In this document: positions 19,579 to 28,234 of the stretch, one piece after another | How the letters are laid out: every line of letters starts with the position of its first letter | How positions within the stretch are numbered: the stretch's first letter is position 1 | Source: Oscillospiraceae bacterium | GTDB lineage: Bacteria; Bacillota; Clostridia; Oscillospirales; CAG-272 | Assembly (NCBI GenBank): GCA_015064785.1 | Contig: SVRM01000005.1 | Location: forward strand, 362 to 64,361 | DNA length: 64,000 nt | Direction of reading: 5' to 3' | Program-made: the position numbers and the translations under genes | The notes under the pieces: generated by a model | The model's input: the letters and a program-made list of their open reading frames with translations, nothing else | The model's database searches: none | Told to the model about the DNA's origin: nothing

Positions 19579-20133
19579 TCAGATTTCCATGATTTCCTTG
19601 GTCTTGGCTTCCGTGACCTTGTCAAGCTGCTTGACGTACTTGTCGGTCAGATCCTGGACTTCCTTTTCGGAGGCCTTCTGTTCGTCCTCGGTCATCGTGC
19701 CGGCCTTCTTCAGCTCCTTGCACTTGTCGTTTGCATCGCGGCGGATGTTGCGCAGTGCAACCTTGGCAGCTTCACCCTTCTTGGAGATGTCCTTTGCCAG
19801 TTCCTTTCTGCGTTCCTCAGTCAGCGGCGGGAAGGACAGGCGGAGCATAGAGCCGTCGTTCTGCGGATTGATGCCGAGATCGGATGCCTGAATTGCCTTT
19901 TCGATTGCCTTGAGCGTGGTCTTATCCCACGGGGTGATGGTGATGGTTCTTGCGTCCGGAACGGAGACCTGCGCAACAGCGGTGATCTGTGTGGGAGAGC
20001 CGTAGTAATCGACGGTGATCTTATCGAGGACACCGGGGTTTGCGCGTCCAGCACGGATTGACTTCAGTTCGTTTTCATATGCATCAATGCTCTTCTGCAT
20101 CTTTCTTTCATAATCTTTGACATCCAGTTTCAT
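19579..20133 (-). CDS. frr: Ribosome recycling factor
   Basis: 184 aa, canonical RRF (MKLDVKDYERKMQKSIDAYENELKSIRAGRANPGVLD...). RBS GGAGGTAT. Confidence 0.95.
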   Translation of the reverse strand: MKLDVKDYERKMQKSIDAYENELKSIRAGRANPGVLDKITVDYYGSPTQITAVAQVSVPDARTITITPWDKTTLKAIEKAIQASDLGINPQNDGSMLRLSFPPLTEERRKELAKDISKKGEAAKVALRNIRRDANDKCKELKKAGTMTEDEQKASEKEVQDLTDKYVKQLDKVTEAKTKEIMEI

Positions 20134-20278
20134 AACGGAAATACCTCCACAAATTAAAATTTCACATCCGGATGCCGACGTTCGTGCGCATCCGTGATTC
20201 TACCATATATTTTACTATGAAATCCTTGATTTGTAAACAGATTTCTGTAAATTTTTTCGGAATTTTCAAAAGATTTCA

Positions 20279-20312
20279 GAAAAAACACATCCCGCACACG
20301 CGGTACGGGATG
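20279..20312 (-). terminator. Intrinsic terminator of lipoprotein gene A
   Basis: On the minus strand a CATCCCG...CGGGATG hairpin is followed by TGTTTTTTC. It begins about 10 nt after the stop at 20322. It is duplicated at 23114-23148. Confidence 0.6.
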
Positions 20313-20321
20313 ATTTTCGGG

Positions 20322-22685
20322 TTATTGACGCTCTGCCAAACAGAGACTGACGCGGGACTGGATGATTTTCTGGGTTTCTTCCAGAGTGCGTACACCGCCG
20401 AGATAGGAATCGAGTTCTTCTGACAAAATCTCCATGACTGTCGTTTCCGCATAGGTCTGCATCGGTGTATTGAAAAACAGGGTTCGCAGCTGTTCTGTCA
20501 CATCCGGCACAAACGCATAACAGGTATAATACGGCTCTCCCCACACATTTCTGCCGCTCATGTATGTTTCCAGCTTCGGATCATCCGGCGCAAACGACCG
20601 TTCATAAGCGCGGCTCAGAATCACGGTTTCCGCACCGTTTGAGACAATGCTCGACGTATGATACGTATCCTCATTGACAAACAAATGCTGTGTTTTTCCA
20701 AGCTCCTGTTCCATCGCCTGCATCGTCGGCGGCAGACCGGTATTCTCCAGAGCCGCACTGTTCTGAATCAGATCGGACAGCAAAAACCGCAGATATTCCA
20801 TAGACCCGCGCTGAACGGGTGACGATGCGGAAATCATCAAATCCATATTCATCGAAGATAAATAACCGATCGATGTACCGTCAGACGGATAACCGCAGAA
20901 TGAAATGTCAATTCCGTCCAGTTCACGCAGTGCCGCTGCCATGGAAGCCATTCCGTCCAGCGGCAGGCACAGATACCGCAGCCGCCCCGATGTCAGATTT
21001 TCCGTAAGTTTTTCCGAGGTAATGCCGATACCGCCGATGCCCGACGGTGCAAAATAGCCCAGATCCGTATCATTGACCGAGGAAAGCGCTGCATAAAACG
21101 CAAGAAATTCACCGAACAGCGCACTGTCAAAACTGCATGTTCCGGCATCGTCGTCAATGAACGCTTCCACCGCACATTCCAACAGCATCCGCTCCTGATT
21201 GGGCTTCATCGAAAACAAAGCATCCCCCTCTGCAAGCGATTCTGCTTCCTCCAACAGCCGCTCCAATGTCAGCGCAGAACCGTCTGCATCCGGTGCGGCA
21301 GTCACCAGCGTATCGACCGAAATACGGAGGGGAATTGCATATAGTCCCGCATCCGCCGTTTCAAAAGCACTTTGCACACAGGGCAGAAGCTGATCTTTGA
21401 AATACGGCGACAAGTCAAGATATCCCTGTTTGCGGGAAATATCGCGGATTTCTTTCGCAAACGCATCACGGACAATCATGACATCCGGTGCGTTTCCGGA
21501 AAGTACATCCTCGCGGTAGGCCTGTATCTCCTCATCGCGCGTCAGATCAGTCTGATCTTCAGCGTAATTATGAACCGTTACATGGTATTCCGCATTCGTG
21601 CGGTTGAACAGTGCCGCACTGTTAGAAACGACATCCGCAAATCCACCGATCAGACCGACACGAATCTCCAGTTTTCCAGAATCCGACGGCGCTTTTTTCA
21701 GTATGGCAAGATCTCTTTTTTCAATAAACGGATCCGTCACCCATGCAAGGTATGTTTCCTCATCGAAAACATGAATCACATCCGTGTTTTCTGCTGATAA
21801 GAATGCATCGCCGTGCGCCATCAGAAGCACCGCTGTATCCGATGCCGCATCATATCCCCAGACACCGTCCCCGTCATGATAATACCGATCGTATCCGGGA
21901 CCGTATAAAATCGAATGGGACCGATCAATTCCCGACACCGCCGATAACGAAGCGTCATGAACCAGCTTCCCCCGTTCGGTGTCATAGACATGGTGTATCC
22001 CGCCCTGCGTCGCAAAATCAAACAATGTCACAACGACAGGGGAACCGGGCACCGCATGAAACCGCTGTACCCATCCGCCGATGGAATCGGCTGCCAGAAC
22101 CGTCAGATCGGAATCCAGATGATAAAACCATCCGCCGACCTGTACCGCAAAGCTGCCATCCTCCAATACCTGCACCGCACAGTCGATATTATCCGCGTTT
22201 TCGAGGCTGACCTCCGATTGGATCGTTCCGGTTTCATCCGACAAACGCACAACGGTCATCCCATCCTCCAAACTTGGCGAAAACAGCAGAAACGAACCGT
22301 TCGGCAGCAAATAAGACAGCGATGCCTGTACCGGAGCCGGATGAACCACCGTTTTGATATGCGCACCTGTGCGGTCATATATCCATGTTTCATCCCGCTT
22401 CGTTTCGGGATTGCTGTACTGAAAATGAATCTCATCTCCGAACACATGAACATACGGATGCAGATATGCAGTATCCATCATCAGATAATGATCCGCAGGT
22501 ATCGAGAGAAAAGAAAGCTCAAACCTGTTTTCGGAGCAGTAATACCGTTCTGCACCGGCGGTGTCCACCAATACCGCACGATCAGACGACAAGGCATCCG
22601 TATCATGCGTCAAATCATTCTCTCCGTGTGTACAGCCGTTCAAAAACAGAATCACAAGCACAAGTACAAAAAGATATTTCCTCAT
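20322..22685 (-). CDS. Large lipoprotein A: divergent beta-rich N-terminal half plus SBP-like C-terminal half
   Basis: 787 aa. Signal peptide plus Cys (VLVILFLNGCTHG). The C-terminal half has patches reminiscent of solute-binding proteins (NAPDVMIV, LDLSPYFKDQLLPCV, LYAIPL, CGYPSDG). It is a paralog of the ORF at 23179-25677, with a shared C-terminus KIIQSRVSLCLAERQ. It has its own RBS (GAGGAAG), promoter and terminator. Confidence 0.8.
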   Translation of the reverse strand: MRKYLFVLVLVILFLNGCTHGENDLTHDTDALSSDRAVLVDTAGAERYYCSENRFELSFLSIPADHYLMMDTAYLHPYVHVFGDEIHFQYSNPETKRDETWIYDRTGAHIKTVVHPAPVQASLSYLLPNGSFLLFSPSLEDGMTVVRLSDETGTIQSEVSLENADNIDCAVQVLEDGSFAVQVGGWFYHLDSDLTVLAADSIGGWVQRFHAVPGSPVVVTLFDFATQGGIHHVYDTERGKLVHDASLSAVSGIDRSHSILYGPGYDRYYHDGDGVWGYDAASDTAVLLMAHGDAFLSAENTDVIHVFDEETYLAWVTDPFIEKRDLAILKKAPSDSGKLEIRVGLIGGFADVVSNSAALFNRTNAEYHVTVHNYAEDQTDLTRDEEIQAYREDVLSGNAPDVMIVRDAFAKEIRDISRKQGYLDLSPYFKDQLLPCVQSAFETADAGLYAIPLRISVDTLVTAAPDADGSALTLERLLEEAESLAEGDALFSMKPNQERMLLECAVEAFIDDDAGTCSFDSALFGEFLAFYAALSSVNDTDLGYFAPSGIGGIGITSEKLTENLTSGRLRYLCLPLDGMASMAAALRELDGIDISFCGYPSDGTSIGYLSSMNMDLMISASSPVQRGSMEYLRFLLSDLIQNSAALENTGLPPTMQAMEQELGKTQHLFVNEDTYHTSSIVSNGAETVILSRAYERSFAPDDPKLETYMSGRNVWGEPYYTCYAFVPDVTEQLRTLFFNTPMQTYAETTVMEILSEELDSYLGGVRTLEETQKIIQSRVSLCLAERQ

Positions 22686-22729
22686 TTTTTCTTCCTCAGT
22701 TAAGATATTATGCTGTTATTTCTGTTATC

Positions 22730-22758
22730 ATTATATCATATTACCATTTTCACGTCAA
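22730..22758 (-). promoter_or_regulatory. Candidate sigma-A promoter of lipoprotein gene A
   Basis: On the minus strand: TTGACG (22758-22753), a 17-nt spacer, then TATAAT (22735-22730). Confidence 0.6.
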
Positions 22759-22829
22759 CAAATGACAAGCCGCTTATTTTTTTCTCCTGTTTGCACAAAT
22801 CAAACATACCGATTTTGTGAAATGAGCAC

Positions 22830-22863
22830 AAAAAAACGGCACAGCTGTTACACTGTGCCGTTT
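22830..22863 (-). terminator. Duplicated copy of the tsf intrinsic terminator
   Basis: Identical to 25824-25857: a CGGCACAG...CTGTGCCG stem followed by a T run on the minus strand. Confidence 0.6.
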
Positions 22864-22877
22864 CTGTAATACAAGAA

Positions 22878-22970
22878 TTACTTGTTGTTGACCATCTTTT
22901 CGATTTCAGCAGCAAAGTCTTCTTCTCTCTTCTGCATCTTTCTTTCATAATCTTTGACATCCAGTTTCAT
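22878..22970 (-). pseudogene. Chimeric frr'-'tsf remnant (30 codons) marking a duplication junction
   Basis: MKLDVKDYERKMQK is the first 14 codons of frr, carrying the frr RBS and promoter copy. It is fused in frame to REEDFAAEIEKMVNNK*, the last 16 codons of tsf. The junction lies in the 10-nt sequence CTCTTCTGCA (22927-22936), which is present in both parents (20090-20099 and 25921-25930). Confidence 0.8.
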
Positions 22971-23152
22971 AACGGAAATACCTCCACAAAATAAAATTTC
23001 ACATCCGGATACCGCAATCGTCCGTGTCCGGGATTCTACTATATTTTTTACTATGAAATCCTTGATTTGTAAACAGATTTCTGTAAATTTTTTGGGAATT
23101 TTCAAAAGAATCCGAAAAAACACATCCCGCACACGCGGTACGGGATGATTTT
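22927..23152. repeat. Duplicate of the frr 5' end, frr promoter/leader and lipoprotein terminator (original at 20090-20316)
   Basis: By-eye alignment shows mostly identical sequence. Differences cluster in the leader hairpin (20169-20194 vs 23004-23033), with a few substitutions elsewhere. Confidence 0.85.
23114..23148 (-). terminator. Intrinsic terminator of lipoprotein gene B
   Basis: Same CATCCCG...CGGGATG hairpin plus T run as at 20279-20312. Confidence 0.6.
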
Positions 23153-23178
23153 TGTGTGGTTGGTGGGGTCTGCATACT

Positions 23179-25677
23179 TTACTGTCTCTCTGCAAGATAG
23201 ATACTGACGCGGGACTGGATGATTTTTGTGACCTCGGTAAGCGACTTCACGCCATTCTGCCAATAGGACAGCTCCTCGGTAACAATCGCTTCCACAGTAT
23301 CGTCGCTGCCCGCTGACATATGGCAGTGATCGAGGAAGTACAGGAATGCATCGATATCCGCCTGCGGCAGTGCAACGCAGTATCCGGTCGGATCGCCGTT
23401 TTCGTCAAGCTCAAATGTCAGCGGCTCATCGGAAATGATCTCTGCCGACAGCGGTACAATCGGCGGGGTCGTGTCAAACGAAAGCGATGTCTCCCGCATC
23501 GGTGCGGCGGAGTTTCCGATATTGTGATATCGGTCTGCCGAATACGAATAATACCGGTTCTTTTCAAACAGCAGCCGGATGGCGTCCCGTGTGACAGGCA
23601 GATTCTGATGGGTATCCTCGGTCTGCCGCTCTGCATCCAGCAAAAATTGCAGAAATGCGATACTGCCCTCCGGCGCATCCGTATCGGCAAGCACTGCCGT
23701 ATAACCGAGAAGATTGACATACGCACCGCCGCCGTGATCCGACGGATAGCCGCACCAGACAAAATCCGTATCGCCGTACAGATGCCGCGCCATCATAACC
23801 TGCTCCGGCGAGTTTATCCACATATTCAAATAGGTCAGTCCGCCCTCACGCAGCCGTGCGGGAAGCGTCGGATTCGTATATCCACCGGTTCCGTCGGAAT
23901 GGGTTGTCAGATAACCGACGGTCTGATCGAGATAGGTTTCCGAAAGCTCGTCCAACAGCTCCATGACGGAACGGAATTTGTCACTGTCGTAGTCCGCCAT
24001 CCCTGCCACTGGGTCAAAGAAGTCCATGATGCCGTTGGCATACAGATACTGCTCTGCGCGCGGGTCGGAATACAGCACTTCCTTTCCGTCAAGAGACCTG
24101 ACACTGTCGATGAAGACATCCCATGTCAGAAAGTCCTCTGTTACCTCCGGCAGACAGAGAAACGTATAAATCTGCATATTCATCGGCACAGAATACAGCG
24201 CATCCCCCCATCTGACCGCATCCGTGACACAGCCGAGCATCTGATCGCCGATATACGGTGTCAGATCGAGAAAGGCATTTTTGTCATAATAGTCATCCAG
24301 CGTCACACGCGGGTCGATCATCAGCACATCCGGACGCGCTTGGTTCACCATACGGTCGGCAAGCAGCGCCTCTCGCTCCTGCTGTCCCATATTGACTACA
24401 TCAACATAATTGAGGTTGATCTCGTATTCCTCACTCTCACGGTTGAACGCAAGCACGGCGTCTCTGACCCAGTCGTTCACACCGTAATAGTCAAAGTCGA
24501 TGACCTGCTTGGGGTTTTCGTCGGGAACCATTTCGGTATGGATATAGTACAGTTTGGTATCGGTATAACGGTAATTTTCAATCCTTGATTTCGTGATATA
24601 AAAACTATGTTCATCTATCACCCATAAATTCCGATAATATAAATCTGCCGTTATGCCGCACTCCATCCAATCTGCCACTTTGGACGGCGGAAGATTATCC
24701 CGATACACGTACATACCAAGCATATCATACAAATAGAGATTTCCCTGTGTATCGGCAATCAGATTCATATGATCCTTGTCATCGGGCACACGGAACTTTT
24801 TATCTTCATAAATTCCGGTCTTCATATTCAGGATCGAACATTCCCCGACACTCCCGACAGGAAGCCATTTCATGTTACCGATATAGTCCATGAAAGATAA
24901 ATGCTTATTTCGATTGGTTAACTTCTGATATACTACCCGTCCGGCTTCCAGTGTCTGTGTTTCCCTGTGAAACAATACACTGAAAAAGCATGTTGATTCA
25001 CCACGATGCAGCAGAACAACATCTCCATCTTCGATTTCGCTTATCTTGAAATCACCGTGTGTCCAAAATTCAGGATAAACCTCGTCAAGACAGATTTCGG
25101 CACGAGGAGTACCGTCAGGCTCCGATATACCGAAATAGTACAGTGTATCTCCATCTTTTCGCTCACACCAGATCAGCGCAAAACATCCGTCAGACAGTAT
25201 ATACGCATATTCCGGCAATGCACCGCGAACCGACGGCACAGGAAGCTCCTCCATTCTCACACCATCTGCGTATGAATACAAAGATCTCTTATAACCGTTC
25301 TCCGTTTTCTGCTGCCCGTAAATAAATAATTTTCCATCTTTGACATATGTATTTGTGTAGTTTAATTCATAATCGCCGGAATACAATCCGGCAATCATTA
25401 CGATATCATCGGGCAAATCAGTTGTGATATCCACTACGGTATGCTTCAGTGTATATGGAACAAAGGATGGCACGGTTTCTGTGCTTTCCTCCGTCGCTTC
25501 CATTTCCGACAATTCTGTCATATCCGATGCATCTACCGTGTCAGCGGAATATTCTGTGACCGTTTGCTGTGTTATCACCGGTATCTTTGGCTGTTCTCCG
25601 GAACAGGAAGAAAGCAGCATACCGCACAGAATCAGCAAAATTACAACCAATCTTTCATAAACAGCATGACGCTTCAT
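23179..25677 (-). CDS. Large lipoprotein B: divergent beta-rich N-terminal half plus SBP-like C-terminal half
   Basis: The ATG at 25677 has a strong RBS (AGGAGGGAAGAGGG); the track start is at 25698. The 832-aa product has a signal peptide and lipobox (LILCGMLLSSCSG). The C-terminal half is alignable to lipoprotein A (ARPDVLMI, LDLTPYIGDQMLGCV, LYSVPM, CGYPSDHG, KIIQSRVSIYLAERQ). The N-terminal half aligns poorly. Confidence 0.8.
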   Translation of the reverse strand: MKRHAVYERLVVILLILCGMLLSSCSGEQPKIPVITQQTVTEYSADTVDASDMTELSEMEATEESTETVPSFVPYTLKHTVVDITTDLPDDIVMIAGLYSGDYELNYTNTYVKDGKLFIYGQQKTENGYKRSLYSYADGVRMEELPVPSVRGALPEYAYILSDGCFALIWCERKDGDTLYYFGISEPDGTPRAEICLDEVYPEFWTHGDFKISEIEDGDVVLLHRGESTCFFSVLFHRETQTLEAGRVVYQKLTNRNKHLSFMDYIGNMKWLPVGSVGECSILNMKTGIYEDKKFRVPDDKDHMNLIADTQGNLYLYDMLGMYVYRDNLPPSKVADWMECGITADLYYRNLWVIDEHSFYITKSRIENYRYTDTKLYYIHTEMVPDENPKQVIDFDYYGVNDWVRDAVLAFNRESEEYEINLNYVDVVNMGQQEREALLADRMVNQARPDVLMIDPRVTLDDYYDKNAFLDLTPYIGDQMLGCVTDAVRWGDALYSVPMNMQIYTFLCLPEVTEDFLTWDVFIDSVRSLDGKEVLYSDPRAEQYLYANGIMDFFDPVAGMADYDSDKFRSVMELLDELSETYLDQTVGYLTTHSDGTGGYTNPTLPARLREGGLTYLNMWINSPEQVMMARHLYGDTDFVWCGYPSDHGGGAYVNLLGYTAVLADTDAPEGSIAFLQFLLDAERQTEDTHQNLPVTRDAIRLLFEKNRYYSYSADRYHNIGNSAAPMRETSLSFDTTPPIVPLSAEIISDEPLTFELDENGDPTGYCVALPQADIDAFLYFLDHCHMSAGSDDTVEAIVTEELSYWQNGVKSLTEVTKIIQSRVSIYLAERQ

Positions 25678-25723
25678 CCCTCTTCCCTCCTGTTGCAAAT
25701 TATCTGTGGATTATCCTGTTACC

Positions 25724-25752
25724 ATTATATCATAATTCCGTCATCACGTCAA
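25724..25752 (-). promoter_or_regulatory. Candidate sigma-A promoter of lipoprotein gene B
   Basis: On the minus strand: TTGACG (25752-25747), a 17-nt spacer, then TATAAT (25729-25724). Confidence 0.6.
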
Positions 25753-25823
25753 CAAATGACAAGCCGCTTATTTTTTTCTTCTGTTTGCACAAATCAAACA
25801 TACCGATTTTGTGAAATGAGCAC

Positions 25824-25857
25824 AAAAAAACGGCACAGCTGTTACACTGTGCCGTTT
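25824..25857 (-). terminator. Intrinsic terminator of tsf
   Basis: On the minus strand a CGGCACAG...CTGTGCCG hairpin is flanked by AAA/TTT and followed by a run of seven T. It lies 15 nt after the tsf stop. Confidence 0.7.
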
Positions 25858-25871
25858 CTGTAATACAAGAA

Positions 25872-26804
25872 TTACTTGTTGTTGACCATCTTTTCGATTT
25901 CAGCAGCAAAGTCTTCTTCTCTCTTCTGCAGGCCTTCGCCCTTTTCATAGCGGAAGAAGTTTGCAACCTTGATGGAGCCGCCGAATGCCTTGCCGGAATC
26001 TGCGAGATACTTTGCAACGGATTCCTTGTTTTCAGCCTTGACATATTCCTGTTCGAGCAGGCAGTTTGCTTCGTAGAACTTGCCGAGACGACCGACAACG
26101 ATCTTTTCGAGAACCTGCTGCGGCTTCTTTGCGTTTGCAGGATCGTTTGCAAGCTGTGCGAGCAGGACAGACTTTTCTTCTTCGATAACGGAAGCGGGAA
26201 CGTCCTCACGTGCAATGTACGGAACTGCAGCCTGTGCAGCAACGTGCAGAGCGATGTTCTTCTTGACTTCTGCGTAGCCTTCGTTTGCAGCTGCAGCTTC
26301 GTCAGATTCGAACTTGACAATGACACCGATGGAGCCTTTGCCGTGGATATAGGAAACGAGGTCGCCTTCGATGATATCGAAGCGGCGGATGGACATATTT
26401 TCACCGATGGTGAAGATCATCTGCTTGAGCTGTGCTTCAACATTGGTTTCACCTTCATAGGTGCAAGCGAGAAGTGCTGCAACGTCAGCGGGCTTTTCGG
26501 TGATGATGATGTGGAGCAGCTGTGCAACGAATGCCTTGAAGGTATCGTTCTTTGCAACGAAGTCGGTTTCGGAGTTGACTTCGATGATGGCACCGACACC
26601 GTTTTCGATTGCGATGTCAACCAGACCTTCAGCGGCGATTCTGTCTGCCTTCTTTGCAGCGACAGCAATGCCTCTTTCACGAAGGATCTTGATTGCGTCG
26701 TCCATGTTGCCGTTTGCTTCTACGAGTGCGTTCTTGCACTCCATCATGCCGCAGCCTGTCTTCTTGCGAAGCTCAGCTACGTCCTTTGCAGAAATGTTAG
26801 CCAT
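25872..26804 (-). CDS. tsf: Translation elongation factor Ts
   Basis: 310 aa. The N-terminal UBA-like motif (AKDVAELRKKTGCGMMECKNALVEANGNMDDAIKILRERG) is canonical EF-Ts. Confidence 0.96.
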   Translation of the reverse strand: MANISAKDVAELRKKTGCGMMECKNALVEANGNMDDAIKILRERGIAVAAKKADRIAAEGLVDIAIENGVGAIIEVNSETDFVAKNDTFKAFVAQLLHIIITEKPADVAALLACTYEGETNVEAQLKQMIFTIGENMSIRRFDIIEGDLVSYIHGKGSIGVIVKFESDEAAAANEGYAEVKKNIALHVAAQAAVPYIAREDVPASVIEEEKSVLLAQLANDPANAKKPQQVLEKIVVGRLGKFYEANCLLEQEYVKAENKESVAKYLADSGKAFGGSIKVANFFRYEKGEGLQKREEDFAAEIEKMVNNK

Positions 26805-26839
26805 GTTTTTATCCTCCTGAATTTTGATGAAATCGAAAA

Positions 26840-27571
26840 TTATTCAGCTGCTTCTTCAGCTGCTTCAGCAGCTTCGGGAGCGTTCTGTTCGCCCTGCTTG
26901 CCTTCGACAACAGCGTCAGCGAGAACGGAAGCGATCAGCTTGATTGCGCGGATAGCGTCGTCGTTGCCGGGGATGATGTAGTCAGCATCGTCGGGATCAC
27001 AGTTGGTATCAACGATTGCAACAACCGGAATACCGAGCTTCTTTGCTTCGAGAACTGCGTTCTTTTCCTTCTTGGGGTCAACAATGAAGACTGCGGAGGG
27101 CAGACCGGGCATGGTCTTGATACCGCCGTAGTTGCGTTCGAGGTCGCCCATTTCCTTGATGAGCTTAGCAACTTCCTTCTTGGGGAGCAGGTCGAAGGTA
27201 CCGTCTTCCTTCATCTTTTCGAGGTTGGTAAGTCTTGCGATGGACTTCTTGATGGTCTTGTAGTTGGTCAGCATACCGCCGGGCCATCTTTCGTTGACAT
27301 AGTACATGCCGCAGCGTTCTGCTTCTTCCTTGATTGCGTCAGCAGCCTGCTTCTTGGTACCGACAAACAGAACGGTGCCGTTTTCCGCAGCGGTTTCGCG
27401 GACAAACATGTATGCTTCTTCAAACTTCTTAACGGTCTTCTGCAGGTCGATGATGTAGATACCGTTTCTTTCGGTGAAGATGTACTCAGCCATCTTCGGG
27501 TTCCATCTTCTGGTGTGGTGACCGAAATGGACACCAGCTTCAAGCAGCTGCTTAATGGTAATAACTGACAT
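26840..27571 (-). CDS. rpsB: 30S ribosomal protein S2
   Basis: [46 protein letters not shown]... The ATG at 27571 has RBS AGGAGGA. The track start at 27577 is a TTG extension. Confidence 0.96.
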   Translation of the reverse strand: MSVITIKQLLEAGVHFGHHTRRWNPKMAEYIFTERNGIYIIDLQKTVKKFEEAYMFVRETAAENGTVLFVGTKKQAADAIKEEAERCGMYYVNERWPGGMLTNYKTIKKSIARLTNLEKMKEDGTFDLLPKKEVAKLIKEMGDLERNYGGIKTMPGLPSAVFIVDPKKEKNAVLEAKKLGIPVVAIVDTNCDPDDADYIIPGNDDAIRAIKLIASVLADAVVEGKQGEQNAPEAAEAAEEAAE

Positions 27572-27730
27572 TTTCAATGTCCTCCTGTATGGTTTTTTCC
27601 ACCACAGAGTCCCTCTCGTCCCGCTGACACGCAGCTTGCGTGAACCACGGAGGTACGGAATGCGGATCTGTGTGTGTATTTATTTTACCGCGGCAGAATG
27701 GCTCCGCGATACCGTTATATTTTACCACAT

Positions 27731-27760
27731 ATTATACTGCATTGCAAGCATATTTTGAAA
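27731..27760 (-). promoter_or_regulatory. Candidate promoter of rpsB-tsf
   Basis: On the minus strand: TTTCAA, an 18-nt spacer, then TATAAT. This leaves a leader of roughly 150 nt. Confidence 0.4.
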
Positions 27761-27786
27761 TTTCACAAATTATTTACAATTAAGCG

Positions 27787-28089
27787 TCAGGATTTCCGCG
27801 AAAACCATCGGTGCCGCCTGCGTCCGTCATCCACCCGGCATCTGCGGCAGTCCTCGTCGGACAGATCCGCCAGAACCGTATCCCTGCCGACACAGCGGAT
27901 CTTCTCCCACGGAATCACCATCCGTTCCCCCGAAAACACAGCCCCCCAGCCCCTCACCGACATCACATAAACCGCGCAGATACACCCCCGCTCCGTATCC
28001 AGCAGCAGATCACAGATACAGCCGATGCACGCCGCATCGCACAGCCGGATGACCTCTTTTGCGCGCAGCTCAGAAAACGAAACCGTCAT
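27787..28089 (-). CDS. ylmC: YlmC/YmxH-family sporulation protein (PRC-barrel)
   Basis: Internal ATG (28089) with RBS AAAGGGGGG. The sequence (MTVSFSELRAKEVIRLCDAACIGCICDLLLDTERGCICAVYV...IPWEKIRCVGRDTVLADL) matches the YlmC/YmxH pattern. Confidence 0.8.
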   Translation of the reverse strand: MTVSFSELRAKEVIRLCDAACIGCICDLLLDTERGCICAVYVMSVRGWGAVFSGERMVIPWEKIRCVGRDTVLADLSDEDCRRCRVDDGRRRHRWFSRKS

Positions 28090-28234
28090 ACAGCGCCCCC
28101 CTTTCCGCCCCATTGTATGCATACACCCGCAGCTGTACGACAAATCTGCCGAATTACAAAAAAACAGTTGCAAATACCGCGCTTATATGATATAATAAAT
28201 GAAAACATTCTATTTATCAGCAAAGGAGTTCCTC

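Larger units (their letters stand above)
22722..22936. repeat. Duplicate of the tsf 3' end, tsf terminator and lipoprotein promoter (original at 25717-25930)
   Basis: By-eye alignment shows one mismatch over the roughly 186-nt core (22751-22936 vs 25745-25930). Identity is lower nearer the lipoprotein start codons. Confidence 0.9.

Noticed and set aside
22878-23195. 105-aa track ORF spanning the duplication junction.
   Set aside because: Only the last 30 codons, from the frr-derived ATG at 22970 with its RBS, correspond to real coding sequence fragments. The upstream 75 codons read through the copied frr promoter/leader and the lipoprotein terminator.
25730-26404. 224-aa minus-strand ORF overlapping the tsf 3' half and its terminator.
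   Set aside because: It is out of frame with the unambiguous tsf gene, has Ser/Thr/Arg-rich shadow-frame composition, and runs through the tsf terminator.
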